Assembly (NCBI GenBank): GCA_951406725.2
Contig: OX597828.1
Location: 4,216,001 to 4,280,000, forward strand
Reading direction: 5' to 3'
Length of the DNA stretch: 64,000 bases
DNA from: Octopus vulgaris
Taxonomy: Eukaryota
Of this stretch, positions 28,262 through 42,080 are shown piece after piece (positions within the stretch are counted from its first letter, which is position 1; each line of letters opens with the position of its first letter). A program made the translations under genes and the position numbers. The notes under the pieces are model-generated. The model did not search any database, was not told where the DNA came from, and saw nothing but the letters and a program-made list of their open reading frames with translations.

Positions 28262-28574
28262 GCTGTGGCTGCTGCTGCTGCCGCTACAGTGCTGCTGCTG
28301 TTGCTACCGTCGCTGCCAGCACTACCGTTGCTACCGCTACTGCTGAAGAGGAGGTGTCGATGATGATACTTTTCTTTTATCATTTTCTTTTCTTTATACT
28401 CGTCAATTTCAACATTCATGAATATTCTTGAGGTGAGGTAACCTTGCTCTCTGAAAAGCTTCATCTCAAATATGTTATATATAATCCAAATTAGCGCCTT
28501 GTAAAACTGTGGGATTAAAGTAGAAATATATTCAATTGACAGATACAGTTTTTACCAATATTACTTCTGGCAAT

Positions 28575-28770
28575 ACAGCGAGGAGCTGGTAGAATCGTTA
28601 CCTCGCCGGTCAGAAGACTTATCGGCATTTTGTCCGTCCTTTATATTCTGAGTTGAAATTTCACCGAAGTCGAATTTTCCTTTTATCCTTCTGTGGTTGA
28701 TAAAATAGATTCCAGCTGAGCACCGGTGACCCTAACAACGTGGCCTTGTGCCAATGTTTAAAACCATTAT
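28575..28770 (+). mobile_element. SINE family A, old copy
   Basis: gagctggtagaatcgtta...ttctgagttgaaattt...ggccttgtgcca. Confidence 0.65.
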
Positions 28771-29689
28771 TAATCCTGATAATTTTCTTTTTTATATGTA
28801 GGTTACATTTTCGGAAATGGTACCTGTTTGCTGATCGCACAATTCATGTATGGCAGTGTATTCATCAAATGATATGCATGTTTTCTTTAAGTTTATAGAA
28901 CAACATGACTTTGGTTGGGATATGCTCGATTTAATCGACTGCACTATTTTTCAACATCAGAAGCTTGAAATATTGGTAAGAACACTGGATATTATTCGGA
29001 TAGTTTATCGGGCAGACTATTGATTCTACTAAAAACTCCTAACTTAATCATGCATTTTAAGTAAACCAATATATTCATATAATTTTCATCCTTAAACTGC
29101 TACACTCTTTGTTTAAAGTTGGTAAGTCGACGTAAGGGAAGACATGTAGTTTGAACCTCGGCCAAAGTTCTCACAGTATTTGTTGGTTATGAGCGATTTC
29201 CATTTGTGTCTCGAATTTGCCAGTGTGCTACTTGGTCCATAATAGAGAAAGTTGATTTTATAAGTGATGTAGTATTAATTAATAGTAAGACAATTTCTGA
29301 CCACCCTTCTTGGTTAATAATTGATTCTGGTCCCAAAAGGGATATGCGTCAAAACATGAGTGTTTACCAGCAAAACCTTCATACTGTAATGTGATAGCGA
29401 TATCCCTTCTACTTTGGGGTTCAATTGGAAGTGTGAGATGTGGCTTATTTTTAGATTTGACATTTATAGTTCCATAGATTTCGAGGAAATTGAAAATATC
29501 ACTCTTCTAGGTAGAAATAATAGTGTGAGCTCTACGTAGTTGTAATCTATAAGTAGTCGCTCTATATTTCTATGCTTTATGCTTTTGCTAGCAACTCCAT
29601 TAATGAGGCATTTATCGGGATAGGTAGCATATAACACACAGCTCTAATATATTGAGGCAACGTGAAATCTGTCCTGACCTGAATATGAT

Positions 29690-30316
29690 TCACGCTTTAT
29701 TTCCAAACCCAAGATGAATGTTAGGATCAACACTTTGAGCTAGAGACAAAGATACAATCCATGCAGTAGAAACACATCACCTTACCTGCTCCAAGATCAT
29801 TTCATCTGCAGGGATGATAAGTGTCTCAGTTTTGGGGGATGCAAAATACTTTGTGTCTATTGGCTATCTTTAAAAGGGCCACACCATCAATGGAGAGTCC
29901 CTTGCGAACTTGCTGAGCTAGTTACGAAAGGCTATCATTATCAAATGACCAAGAAAACAGGAAAGGGGTTTGTTTTACACAGGTCGTTGGTTTCAGTAGG
30001 TTCTATTGGGGATTATGGCATTGAGCTGATTTATCACATTCCTTATTGTCCCATTTCACCCCATTTCATTGTCATCTATTGGTCAACAGGCAAGGACACT
30101 TTTCTGGGAGCTAGTATCGTAATGACGATAACGCCAATCTGCCTTTTGTGAACAACAGGATAAAAAAGCTTATTCATCAATGGGATCCAAGCACAGCCTC
30201 ATCAATGGAAAATGTGTGTGAACTGCAAGAGGAGCGATATTAAATAATATGCTTCATATGGCCACATTCCATGTGTATCCTGATCAGTCTATGATTTTTT
30301 CAGCCGATGCTCATAT
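29690..30316 (+). mobile_element. Degenerate mariner relic (3' half)
   Basis: QHFELETKIQSMQ*KH (cf. HHFEPETKRQSMQWKH), KGPHHQW/GHTING region, HIPYCPISP (cf. HPPYSPDLAP) and a TIR-like end at about 30290-30316. Confidence 0.7.
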
Positions 30317-31281
30317 AGTACCCGAATGTAAACATTGTAAACATTTTAAGGTGTTAAAAACCATCTGAAAAGAATATATCCTAATAATATACAGCTAATC
30401 ATCATTGTTAACCAATAACACAATATTAAGATGTATGTTAATATATGTGTATACATAAATGATGGTGCTCTCTGAGTATATCCAATAGAAAGTATATTCG
30501 TTTTTGTGTGACTCTGTAAAGTTTTATATAGCTATGTGAATATCGCAGCACTTTGTATTGCAAAATTTATTGAATCTCTGATTATTTATTAGAAGCTCAG
30601 AGTTGTCTTAAATATTTTGTCTCAAATTTACAGGAAGATATTCCTATATAACTCCACTATTGCTCTTATCGTAGGAGATAACCTTGTTTCAGGATCTGCG
30701 TTTTACTTACAGTAGACGGGAAAAGTATTCTATATGAAGCAATGAAAACATGGAAACGGAAAACATCTTGGTAATGACTTCATACTATGTATCTTCCTAT
30801 AGCTTATAGAACTTAATAAGTAAACTGCTAAATATTGTATATAATTTCAGATAAAAGCAACTTTAGATCCACTTTGTACCTCTATTTTCCCATCTTTATC
30901 TCATATATCATGGTGGTATATCAAGTAACTACAAATTCGAGAATATATGTTCTCCAAAGTCAAGATAGGTTATGATAACAATATGAATGAACCTGATGTT
31001 ACAACAGTGAGGAAATACAATAGCGTACACTTCACTAAAATACAGAGACGTTAAGCCCCTCTGCTCTTCCGATGCCATAGACAATTTACCAGAAAGAGTA
31101 AATGGATCCTTCTTGCCTCCAAAGTGTCATGGATCTATTTGTAATCCACGGAATGATGAATCATGAGTTTATTTTTCATCACATATTCTTGTGCAACAAC
31201 GTAAATTAGTTGATCTACCTTGAATCAGATACTATGATCATAAGTTAAACAGCTATTGATGCCTCGTGGGATGGGTGTGTA

Positions 31282-32548
31282 CGAGGGGCGTTCAATAAGT
31301 AATGCCCCTGACCAACTTCCCATAGCAGTAGAGCAACGAAACTTGTTATTAGTCTTTTTCTACATAGGAACCACCCAGAGTTACCCATTTCTCCCATTGT
31401 TTGATGCAGCTCTGGAGACCGTTTTTGTAGAAGACCCCAGCTTGGTCCTGCAACCACGACGTGACTTCAGAAATCAAGGCTGCATCATCTGGGAAATGCT
31501 TTTCTTTCAAAAACAACTTCATGGTTGGGAAGAGGTGAAAATCAGAGGGTGCAAGATCAGGAGAGTAGGGGGGATGGGGGGAGGAGTTCATAGTCGCACG
31601 CCTGTGCTTCTGATCTGGCGACACGCGAGTTGTGGACCGGAGCGTTGTCCTGCAGGAGGAGGAAACCTTTGCTGATCTTGCCCCGCCTCTTGATTTTGAT
31701 AGCTTCTCTTAATTTTCTCAAAAATGAAGCATAATAGGCTCCTGTAATTGAGGTACCCTTTTCCAGGAAATCTATCATCACAACTCCGTCCTGGTCCCAG
31801 AAGAATGTGAGCATGACCTCGCCAGCGGAGGGCTGCACCCTTGCCTTCTTTAGAGGAGGTGAGTCACGTAGCTTCCACTGCATTGGCTGGGCTTTGGTCT
31901 CTGGATCATAGTGATGGACCCAGGTGTCATCCTGTGTAAACAGTCTTTTGAAAAAATTTGACTCATCTTCTTGGTGATCTCCAAATTCATCCTCGAGCAC
32001 TCGACGCGTGCTTGCTTCTGCAAAGGTGTGAGCAGCCTGGGAATCCATCTGGCAGACACCTTTTGCATATGCAAATGGTCATGAATGATAGCTTCTACAG
32101 ACCCGGTACTAATCTTGACCTCATGGGCTATTTGCCGAATAGTTATGCGTCGATCTTCCAATATGGCAGCCTCAACTTGACGGACAGATGCCTCATCAAT
32201 GGCAGAAGAGGGCGACCAGTTCTGGGAGCTGTTTCCACAGTGTTCTGACCATGTTTGAATTCACGATGCCAGCGTTTTACATATGATGGGGCATCATCAC
32301 CATAAGTTACTTTCATTTCATCAAAAGATCTCCCGTGGTGTGCTTCCTTTCAAATACAAAAACCGGATCACTGCTCGACACTCAACAAGTTCCATTTCAC
32401 ACTTGACTCAGTTCAAACGCCTGTAAATCAGAAACCAGAATTAGTTCAGAGCTGTAATTTGCCACTTAATCTATTGAGATATAAATAATTTCAGCTAGAT
32501 CAAACAACTGCAAATGGGTCAGGGGCATTACTTATTGAACGTCCCTCG
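31282..32548 (-). mobile_element. Full-length mariner DNA transposon (irritans-like)
   Basis: 32-bp TIRs cgaggggcgttcaataagtaatgcccctgacc (31282-31313 and 32517-32548, one mismatch), TA duplication on both sides, 1267 bp. Confidence 0.96.
31349..32395 (-). pseudogene. Frameshifted mariner DD34D-type transposase
   Basis: ARWIPRLL, TQDDTWVHHYDPET, LLQDNAP and YSPDLAPSDFHLF are split over several ORFs in different frames. Confidence 0.93.
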
Positions 32549-34339
32549 TATGTAATGGCCACACACGTTTCACACGAATATTCAGAGAAAAGTGACATAC
32601 ATATGACTCATCTTGAGGCTTTCTCCGTAGTTATAGTTCCTGCAATAAACAACAACCACGTCTTCATGAAATAGCCTTAGGCAGCATTAAGAAAATGAAT
32701 AAAATAAATCTGCTGGTTACGTCTGAATGCCTTTGCTATCACGAAATAGATAACGTCGTAGTGTCAGCATCGTCTTGTAACAGAATAACATAAATGAAAC
32801 ATGTTTTATCAAAGTTGAAACTCAAATTCAATTGAAATGAAAACGTAAAACAACGTAACTACACATATGAACTGACGCCGCTTTCACTAAAATAACCTAT
32901 CAGTCTTGCAAGTGTTACAAAATTTGCAACGCATTATTTACTTGCATGTTTCTGCATTACTAACGATTTGCGAGCAATTACACTGAAGGTAGATCGAAAC
33001 GTGACTGATAAATTCTGGTCTAGTTAGTTTACACTAAAGAAATATCTAGACAAAGCTAATAACATTACCTAAAACATTCCTTTGAATATAAATCCAATAA
33101 CAGTCATAATATAAAAACTAATGCACAAAATTTATTACATTAGTATGACCATTCTGTTATTTAAAAACTAACAATAAAGGAAATTTGATCTAATTTCATA
33201 TAAATATCTAATGCTCTAGAATGACGTGGTTCTATCTTATTGTTGTGTTATTAGTTTTCCTTGACTTAAACATGTGGATCTGTTTAAATATTTGATGGCA
33301 TTTTCTTTTTAATGCATATGTCTCTATTTCACAGATTCTTCAAATTATGTCCATTGATTTACATCTAAGTATCTATAATCACTGTGTTATATATCCACTG
33401 AGCTCATATGATTTACTGATCGAACACGTAACTACTTTTTGACTATCAGCGTGTGAACAAGTTAAATTTTTTCATTGTAACCTTGGTAAACAGCGTAACA
33501 TTTATATGACTTTGTTCAAAATTCATGCATATCTATTATTTCTTATTGTACATAAGAAATCAGCATGCGTGGCTGTTCAAACCGATTTAATACCATGGAA
33601 TTTGGTACAGTGAAAACTCGTCCCTCTCTATGAATGTTAACCTTGGAATACAATACATGTGGTTGTATCATATCTCATTCCCAAGAGTCTAAAATTGAGA
33701 CGCAACAATGCTCTGTATGATATCTTATTGGCGATGTTATGATGACGAAGTTTAACACTCTGGACATGCTTGTTTCTGGAACTGTGTGAAAGACCAATGT
33801 GTATGCCATTTAATTTAATTAATACTTGAACTAATCAAAATAATGATTCTTATCTGACAATACGCGACATGTAAACATTAACCTGTAAGTAGCAATTCAA
33901 ATCACAAAATGTCATTCTATGTACTTGAAACAAATCGTGATCCATTGCATAGAGAAATAAGGATCTATCAAACAATACCAGATCTATTAGTGGAATTTGC
34001 TGTGAATTTCTTTTCTTGTGTTGACATGTCTCTTGCGACCAGTTTTTATTTGCTACATTTGTTTGATATGCAGCATATGCATGCAAGATATCTATGTAGT
34101 ATTCAGATATGTTCTATATATATACTACATAAATCGCAGTAAATATAGTTGATTGTTGTGTGCAATGTTATTCTTTACAATTAGCGTGTGTTATCCTTGC
34201 TTCTCATGCAATCCAATGAGATTATATACCGATTATATAATTATGCTAATCGGAAATATATTTCACTATGCATATCATTTCAATATTATGACTGAGGCCT
34301 CATTAATATTTTTTTTTTGCATTATTCTATTCGGAATAT

Positions 34340-34545
34340 TAATTTCAAATTTTGGAACAAGGCCAGAAATTTTGGAGTCGATTTCATCGACTTATGTGGA
34401 TCAAGAGGTACTTATTTTATCGGCCCCGAATGGATGAAGAGTAAAATCAATATCGGCAGTATTTGAACTCTCAATGTATAGATGGGCGAAAGGCCCCTAT
34501 GCATTTTTCCTGGTGAGTTAACGATTCCACCACCTCACTGCCTTC
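34340..34545 (-). mobile_element. SINE family A, old copy
   Basis: ggtacttattttatcggccccgaatggatgaag...tttgaactc...taacgattccaccacctc. Confidence 0.7.
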
Positions 34546-34777
34546 TTTATTCGGAATATCAAAAAGTAAAATTTCGCATCCTGAATTAAAATGCTAATAC
34601 TATAATGATTATGAATGCAGGAGTAGCAATTTCATTTACATATACTGAAAAAAAAATCATGAGCGACTTAAGTGATACTTCCTAAAATGCTTTTTGGAAG
34701 AAAATAAATATAATGGTGTTTTGTGTGTTTCGATTCTTTTAAACGTATTTCTTGCACACTTAATACAAACAGATATA

Positions 34778-34995
34778 TAAGGCGGCGAGCTGGCAGAGAC
34801 GTTAGCACGCTGGGTGAAATGCTTAGCAGGATCTCGTCTGCTTTTAAGTTCTGAGTTCAAATTGCGCCGCGGTCGAGTTTGCTTTTCATCCTTTCGGCGT
34901 CAATGAATTAAGTACTAGTTGCGTACTGAGGTCGATCCAGTCGACTGACATTCTCCGCAAAAATTTTGGGCCTTGTGCCTACAGTAGAAAAGAAT
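34778..34995 (+). mobile_element. SINE family A
   Basis: aaggcggcgagctggcagagacgttagc...ctgagttcaaatt...ggccttgtgcctacagtagaaaag. Confidence 0.85.
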
Positions 34996-36946
34996 ACAAA
35001 CAGATAGGATATATATTTATACAAGCCAATAACATTATTCGCTTAATCGGAATAGTCAAATAATTAGGTCAATAATAATACGAATAAAATATTTGTGAAA
35101 CTACATTGTTCCAAGATGCTACTGTATTCTCTTATGAAAAAAAAAAAAGAAAAGAAAAAGAAACAAAATCCATTTAATGTATATGTGATTTAAAGATATA
35201 AAGTAGTCAGAATCGTTTCAATAATCCTGTTATTTAAATAATTCTTTATTTAGAAAGTCTTATAGAATACAAAATAAACTCCATACCAATTTCAGCCATT
35301 CATATGATAAAAGAAATTACAGCAATTAAAGTCACTTTTAGACACCAGCTGTTCTCAGACTATCCGATTCTCTGATCAATGTTCTGACTATCAGATACCA
35401 TTTCCAAAGTCTTGTCTACATTTAGTCATGCGACATTACATTAGCCTAATCCCAGGTGCCCCAAAATTTAATTGCCACTTTTATTACATCAAAGAACTCT
35501 AAATTTCGTTTCTAAACGATTTCCCTGCTTTACATTACATTATCAACTATTTATCTTCGCTTGGTACTTATTGAGATATCACTAGAAAGCCATATCGCTC
35601 TTTCTTTAGGGAAGTATTCACTTAGAATATTTGTTCATTCATCAAATTCCAAAAGTGCTGTTTTGTCGCTTAACAATACATGCGTTCACATTGTATCCCT
35701 GGTATTCGACTTCTAGTTTGGCGTGAAACATCTTTTAGTATCGAGATTAACGAAAAGAATTTACTTTTTACTTGGATATTGGAACGAGTCGTGCAATCTA
35801 ATTTATACTACTTATTATATGAAAGCAGTAAAGTATCCACCCAAATAAAAGACTAGGAGAGAAAATTATCTAATTTATTGCGACTTTCTCCATTCTCTTT
35901 TGTAGATGGATTTGCTTCCTTTTTTTTAAAATCATATGGATTATATAAAGAGATAACACGTTTGAATCAACGTAAAATTGCATATCATCATTTACTTGAT
36001 TAACAGTCCAAAATAATCAGTACTTTTCATACTACGCAGAGAGACACTATGACAGTTTAACAAATACGAATGGAAATATCCTAAAAGTAAGATGTGGCAA
36101 ATGATTAAAAGTAATTTGTATTAAAATTCTTTTGTGCCTGGGGAGAGTCATTCTCTTTTGGTACTTTATAACTTAATACACTCACAGGTAAAATTTCTAC
36201 TTATTTCTTTTTTATTTTTCTAAAATTTTCTTTGCGTCTTACAACATTTTAAATAGTCTTGACTCTGTCCGCTACTCACACTGCGTTCATCTTTGTTTGT
36301 TTGTGCGCATGTGTGTGGATCAGTTTTTAATTGCCTATATATGCATGCAAGTATGTATGTATGTATGTATGTATGTATGTATGTATGTATGTATGTATGT
36401 ATGTATTTATGTATGTATGTATGTATGTATGTATGTATGTATGTATGCATGTATGCATGCATGTATGTGTGTGTGCATATGTATCAATTTATGTGTGTAC
36501 ATTTGTATGTATTCTGCATACTCATGTGTTTGCATGTCCGTGTTTGTGTGTTTTTATGCATGTGCGCGCGTGTGTGTGTGTACCTCCTTCTCCTTGTGTG
36601 TGCATGTCTGAGTGTGTGTGTGTGTGTTTTGCAATCTCCATACGTGTGGACGTGTGTCTGCCTATGTGCCCCTGTGTGAAGTAAAGTGTGTGTGTATATA
36701 TATGTTCATGTGTTTCGGTCTTCATTTGCGTGTGTGTGCTTGTTTGTTCATATAATCTCTGTAACTATCCGTCTGTATGTTGATATGTTTACGCTCACAT
36801 CCATATGCTTACATATATGTGCATATACATATATATATTCATACACCACCAACACACCCATGCATACATCTACCTACATATATATATATACATACACCCA
36901 CCCACACACATATTTACTTACATCTATCTACATAACAGCTCACTAA

Positions 36947-37168
36947 CTATTCTACTCTACCTGTGTAAACTGTAGGTATGGGGACATGATATCTACTATG
37001 TATATTTAGTATTGGGTAAGTTTCATTTATGAGTGCGTACTCCCGTATTTGTCTGAGTGTTGGGTCCTTTGGGTGCTTGGATAAGATGCGGATGTCAAGT
37101 TGACCCAGATTACCTCCATGTTGGTCCTTGGCATGTTGGTAGAATATGGAGGACTGTTTTTTGTCTCC
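36947..37168 (-). mobile_element. PLE GIY-YIG endonuclease C-terminal fragment (not in the ORF track)
   Basis: Hand translation: GDKKQSSIFYQHAKDQHGGNLGQLDIRILSKHPKDPTLRQIREYALINETYPILN..., matching the PLE pattern H...H.G...LRQI.E...I....P.LN. Confidence 0.7.
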
Positions 37169-39185
37169 ATATTATCTCAAAAATAATTTGAAAGAAATTA
37201 TATTTTATTTTGTTGTCGTTTTGGATCTAGTCAACAATGATCAAAACGACCTGTTATAGAAAACATTGGGTTTTCGATAATAATGTTTATATTTACAAAT
37301 GTTACAAAATTTGCAGCTGCATACTATTACAACATATCTACAAGCAGGCTTATTACATATATTTAATAGAATGCCTGTCGTACTTGCACGTTAAAACAAC
37401 AGTTACCATACAAGAAGTTGCGTTTTCATCGTATTTTGATAGTGGTTTTTATTTACAGTGTATTTTGTTTTCTGGAGATACTTGTCTTTCACAGCTACAG
37501 AATATTTTGAGATCCGAAGTCAATAGCTACACTTCCGCTCTTATGGTGAGCAAGTATCACATATTTTGACATCAGATATCTTAATAAAATCCCAATTTCT
37601 TTATGTAATGCAATTAGTCGAATTTATTATGGTATAGTAGCACTAGAACTAAGGAAATGAATCCTCGACAAATATGCTAATTCTTCAAAGTTTTCGATAG
37701 AAAATGAGCGTGCGATGCTGAGTCGATAGTTACAATATAAAGTATTCGTTTCCACGAGAGACGAAAACGCAGTCACCACTATGTAACTGAGATGAAGATT
37801 AGAATTAGGAGTAAAATATCGTAGAACCAGTAAAGTAATGTCTCAATGCTTTTGAAATGAACCCTTATAAAATGCAATTATCTAAATATGGAAAAAAAAT
37901 TAAGAATATGCATTCATCTAGGGATTTAAAATTCGCATAAAGCTGGTAGGATCCAATATTTAAGTCATAAATCATTTGTATACTTTCACTGTTTTGAATG
38001 TGTTAAATTATAAACATGTCGTTCGTGATGTATTTTTAAAATTTTATTTTTATTTCTTGAGATGAAGAGGAAGAAAATTTTGCATATTATATTCTGCTAA
38101 CGGTGATGCAAGTAAAGACATAATGAAAAACGCTAGGTATCTCGAATACTTTAAATTTTTATTGACGGATAAAATTATATATGCAGAATCCATAATTTTT
38201 TCAATAAAATATATGAACTTTTTAAAATGTTTTGGAATTTAGCACCTTATATATTCAAATGCGTGTGAATTCCCTACGTATGCGTAAATATACAAGTATA
38301 TAAAAGAATATTTTCGGAAACAGAAAATATAATTATGTAAGTAGAACGAAAAATAACGGTGTACTTATATTTAATGACAATCACAACACACGCTCAACAT
38401 TCACATAAGAAATACACAGTCGTAAGGTCAGAAATACAATTTTTAGCTTTCACTGCAATGTCTACAAGAAAACACTGGACAAATGTAAGGACAGCTCCCT
38501 TTCTAATTCTTGTAAAACTGAAGAACGGGCCCTAGATATGAAAGCCTTTAACGGCCACGCGCATATATATATGTAGCTTATAACCAATATAGCTTATAAC
38601 AAAAGAATCACAGAAAAAGACACTGCTCAAATGGTAAATCCTCTCAGCTTACGTGATTTACAAGAACATTCATAAATTCATGCAAAATGCAGCGTATGCA
38701 AGTATTACAGTGTATTAGTTGTCACTAAAAGTATAATCAAACACACTGGAGTATTGGCAAGTATTATATTATTTCTTTCTATTTATTGACAGAATAAAAG
38801 AAATTAACATTAGCAATATCAAATAGTAGCTGGTGAACTTTTTTTCAGAGGAGATAATGAAGGTTTTGTGTACATGAGAACGCATATCCGATATGGATAC
38901 ATATCATCACTATAAATAAGAGCGTCATTAAATCTGTAACCCTGATTTACATTATTTTGATAACGTAGAGGAAAATTAATTAATGCTGCATGATGCACAT
39001 TATTTTGAATAATGGAAACGTATACGAAGCTATATCGTAAGAACAGTGTGAGCTACATCACTTTCTGGACAGATACACACAGTTTCATTCACATTTGCTA
39101 AAATATGAATACTTATCGGACAATTTCTTTCAACTTATTTTCCTTTCTGTCTCTCTTTCTCTCTCCCCTCTCCCTTTCTCTCTGC

Positions 39186-39221
<36 letters not shown>

Positions 39222-39222
<1 letters not shown>

Positions 39223-39380
39223 GTAGAAATTTACAGAAAAACAAAAGACGAAGACAGGTGTATAAACAACAAGCAGGTGTATTAATTTGACACTCGTGAA
39301 AGTAAGAAAGTCTTTTACGTTTCGAGCCTACGTGCTTCAACAGAAAGAACACGATGAAACATACAGAGAGAGAATATAAA
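39222..39380 (-). mobile_element. Short PLE-tail-like repeat with hammerhead motif, ending in (TA)n
   Basis: Minus strand 39312-39347: cttt-CTGTTGA-a-gcacgtaggctc-GAAA-cg-TA-aaag (stem I cttt/aaag). Confidence 0.6.
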
Positions 39381-39483
39381 GAGAGAATATATATGGGTAT
39401 ATATGCGTCTACATTTACGTATGCATATGTACATATGCATATATGTATATACACATGTGTATAAATGTATGTATGTATCTATC

Positions 39484-39540
<57 letters not shown>

Positions 39541-39569
39541 CCATATATATATATATATATATATACATG

Positions 39570-39919
39570 TACTGAACAGCGAAATATCCGTCTCCTGAGA
39601 AATGCTCGTATTGTCCGTCATTTCTGCTCGACCAGTCACTCCACACAATACCTTACGGAGTTCGGCCTGGCCTTATACTATGGGCCTACCAACACCAAAC
39701 TTTGCAAGGTACAACACATCATCTACTCTTTACGAACCCTTACGCCTTTTTGGAATTAACACCTCCCTCATTCTTGTTGCAGCTTCTAATTTCTATATTT
39801 CTCACCAATGTCATACACTTTCCCTCTGCTTCCGTTTTCTTTTTCTCTCTGCATTTATCTTCCACACACGTAAATAACTTATGAACCCCATACGCAATAA
39901 ACATGCCTGCTGCACACAT

Positions 39920-39980
<61 letters not shown>

Positions 39981-40630
39981 GACACACACATACACTCGTA
40001 AAGACACACACACACACACACAAAGCCACGCACACAGACATACATACGCACGTATACAGACACACATGCACTCTGTTATATATAACCATAAGTACACACA
40101 AGAAATTCGTCCCATACACCGACACCAAAACCACACCCAAGTAAGCATACAGACGCAAGCATGTGCGCACGCATCCACACACAGAGGCATACAGACACAC
40201 TTGAACACATGCATACGCACATGCATGAAAATGACACACACGCACCCACAGGCCCTCGAACACACATCCGACTACTAATACTACTACACCGTACTGCTAC
40301 TAAACAATGAGTCCTACTCACATGCACACACATATTTACACACAAACAAACGCAGCCACAATCACACTCAACCCTTTTTGCACTCTCTTGCTTTCCAAAA
40401 CTACATTCTCTATTTTTCTTCAGCTTCCGGGCAGATAATTTTCGGTCATGTAACGAAAAATATACTTTTCCCCGGACTATACACTCCTTTCTCCTTTCCT
40501 TTTCTCTGAAACTTTTCTTCTATCCGACGAAAAGCTGTGTTCGAAACGTCATTTCTGCACCAATTTCACCATCTCAAACTTTCATTGACAGTTAATCCCC
40601 TTGTGTTTTCCTGTTTTCTATTCTTGGATT
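39570..40630 (+). mobile_element. PLE 3' portion: GIY-YIG C-terminus, CA-rich expansion, tail with decayed hammerhead
   Basis: EQRNIRLLRNARIVRHFCSTSHS...QHIIYSLRTLTP(F)GIN (cf. PVARHFN..GHS...EQ.LIF.LGTL.P.GLN). CCGACGA-aaagctgtgttc-GAAA-cgTC at 40524-40550. Confidence 0.65.
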
Positions 40631-40664
<34 letters not shown>

Positions 40665-40665
40665 C

Positions 40666-40699
<34 letters not shown>

Positions 40700-40700
<1 letters not shown>

Positions 40701-40876
40701 GGCGATTTTTTCCCTTCTCTGGATCTTTCCTTTTCCTATGTTTCTGAGGAAGAGCTCCGCTCGAAACTTTAAACCCTCCTTCTTGCCTTCCTTCCTGAGC
40801 GTCCAATAATACTATATTTGTTCCACGTCCTCGCGTTGGTGTGCTTTCTCTTTGTGTTTTCATTTTTGGATTAACT
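40700..40876 (+). mobile_element. Second copy of the 10570 hammerhead repeat, in (TA)n
   Basis: gttt-CTGAGGA-a-gagc-tcc-gctc-GAAA-cttt-aaac at 40740-40774. Confidence 0.75.
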
Positions 40877-40886
40877 ATATATATAT

Positions 40887-40955
<69 letters not shown>

Positions 40956-40987
40956 TATATATATATATTTGTATGTGCGCGCGTGTG

Positions 40988-41032
<45 letters not shown>

Positions 41033-41307
41033 AGAAATTAAATATAAAATATAAATTACAAAGTGGGACAAGAACGCAAAAACACACAAGGAGACGACAC
41101 AAAAATATATATATATACATAAAATACAAGCAGCTAGGCGCAATATGAAACCAAAAAGTAAAAATGTTATCGTTAACAATAGCGACTGAGAGTGCTGGAT
41201 AGCATGTATATAGAAAGAAACAAGACTCCAATCTCTTGCAATATAGTGCGTATTCATACTCCCATTTTACCTTGTGTATTGGTGATGGTTAACTATTGTA
41301 GAATAAA

Positions 41308-41700
41308 CGCAGGAGTGACTGTGTGGTAAGGAGCTGTTTCCCACCCACATGGTTCCGGGTTCACCCCCTCAGCGTGATATTTTGAGCAAATGTCTTCTTC
41401 TATAGCTTGGGTCGACCACAGACTTGTGAATGGATTTGGATGATGGAAACTGAAAGAAGACCGTCGAATGCAAATATGCGTACACACGTGTGCGTGTGCG
41501 TGTCTTTGTTTTAGAACCGACGTTAGTATGCTGACATCCTCGTAACTTAGCGGCTCGGCAAAAGGAAACGATAGAATAAGTGCCTGGCTTAACAAAAGTA
41601 AGTACTGGGGTCAATTCAATCGACTAAAAACGCTTCACGGTAGTGCTCTAGCATGGCCGCAGTCTAATGATTGGAACAATGGAAAGAGAAAAGATGAAAA
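41308..41700 (+). mobile_element. SINE family B
   Basis: Head, body and tail homologous to the 10148 copy. Confidence 0.85.
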
Positions 41701-41876
41701 ATAATATAATACAAAATTCACTTAATTTTGTTGCATGGTGATGAATCTATTTGATGAACGGTTGGATAAGTCGAATTGCTAATATACCCCAACATCTGAG
41801 TTAAAACCATAAATTGTTTGCAGATATTAGATCTTTAGAATCGTTAAATTAGTTTAGATTTTATCATATGCTTTTC

Positions 41877-42080
41877 AAGGCGGCGAGCTGGCAGAAACGT
41901 TAGCACGCCGGGCGAAATGTTTAGCCAGTCTTTACGTATTGATTTCAAATTCCGCCGAGGTTGACTTTGCTTTACATCATTTCGGGGTCGATAAATTAAG
42001 TACCAGTTGCATAATGAGATCGTTCTAATCGACTGGCCCCTCCCCACAAACTTCGGGCCTTGTGGCTAGAGTAGAAAAGA
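41877..42080 (+). mobile_element. SINE family A
   Basis: aaggcggcgagctggcagaaacgttagcacgccgggcgaaatg. Confidence 0.88.

Noticed and set aside
28077-28431. Possible exon after a tttctttcag acceptor with low-complexity ORFs
   Set aside because: The ORFs are driven by CCA/CTA/CTG repeats and have no coherent coding signal.
33625-33690. Possible pre-miRNA hairpin (cttggaat...attcccaag)
   Set aside because: Pairing is too short and interrupted, and I recognise no mature miRNA.
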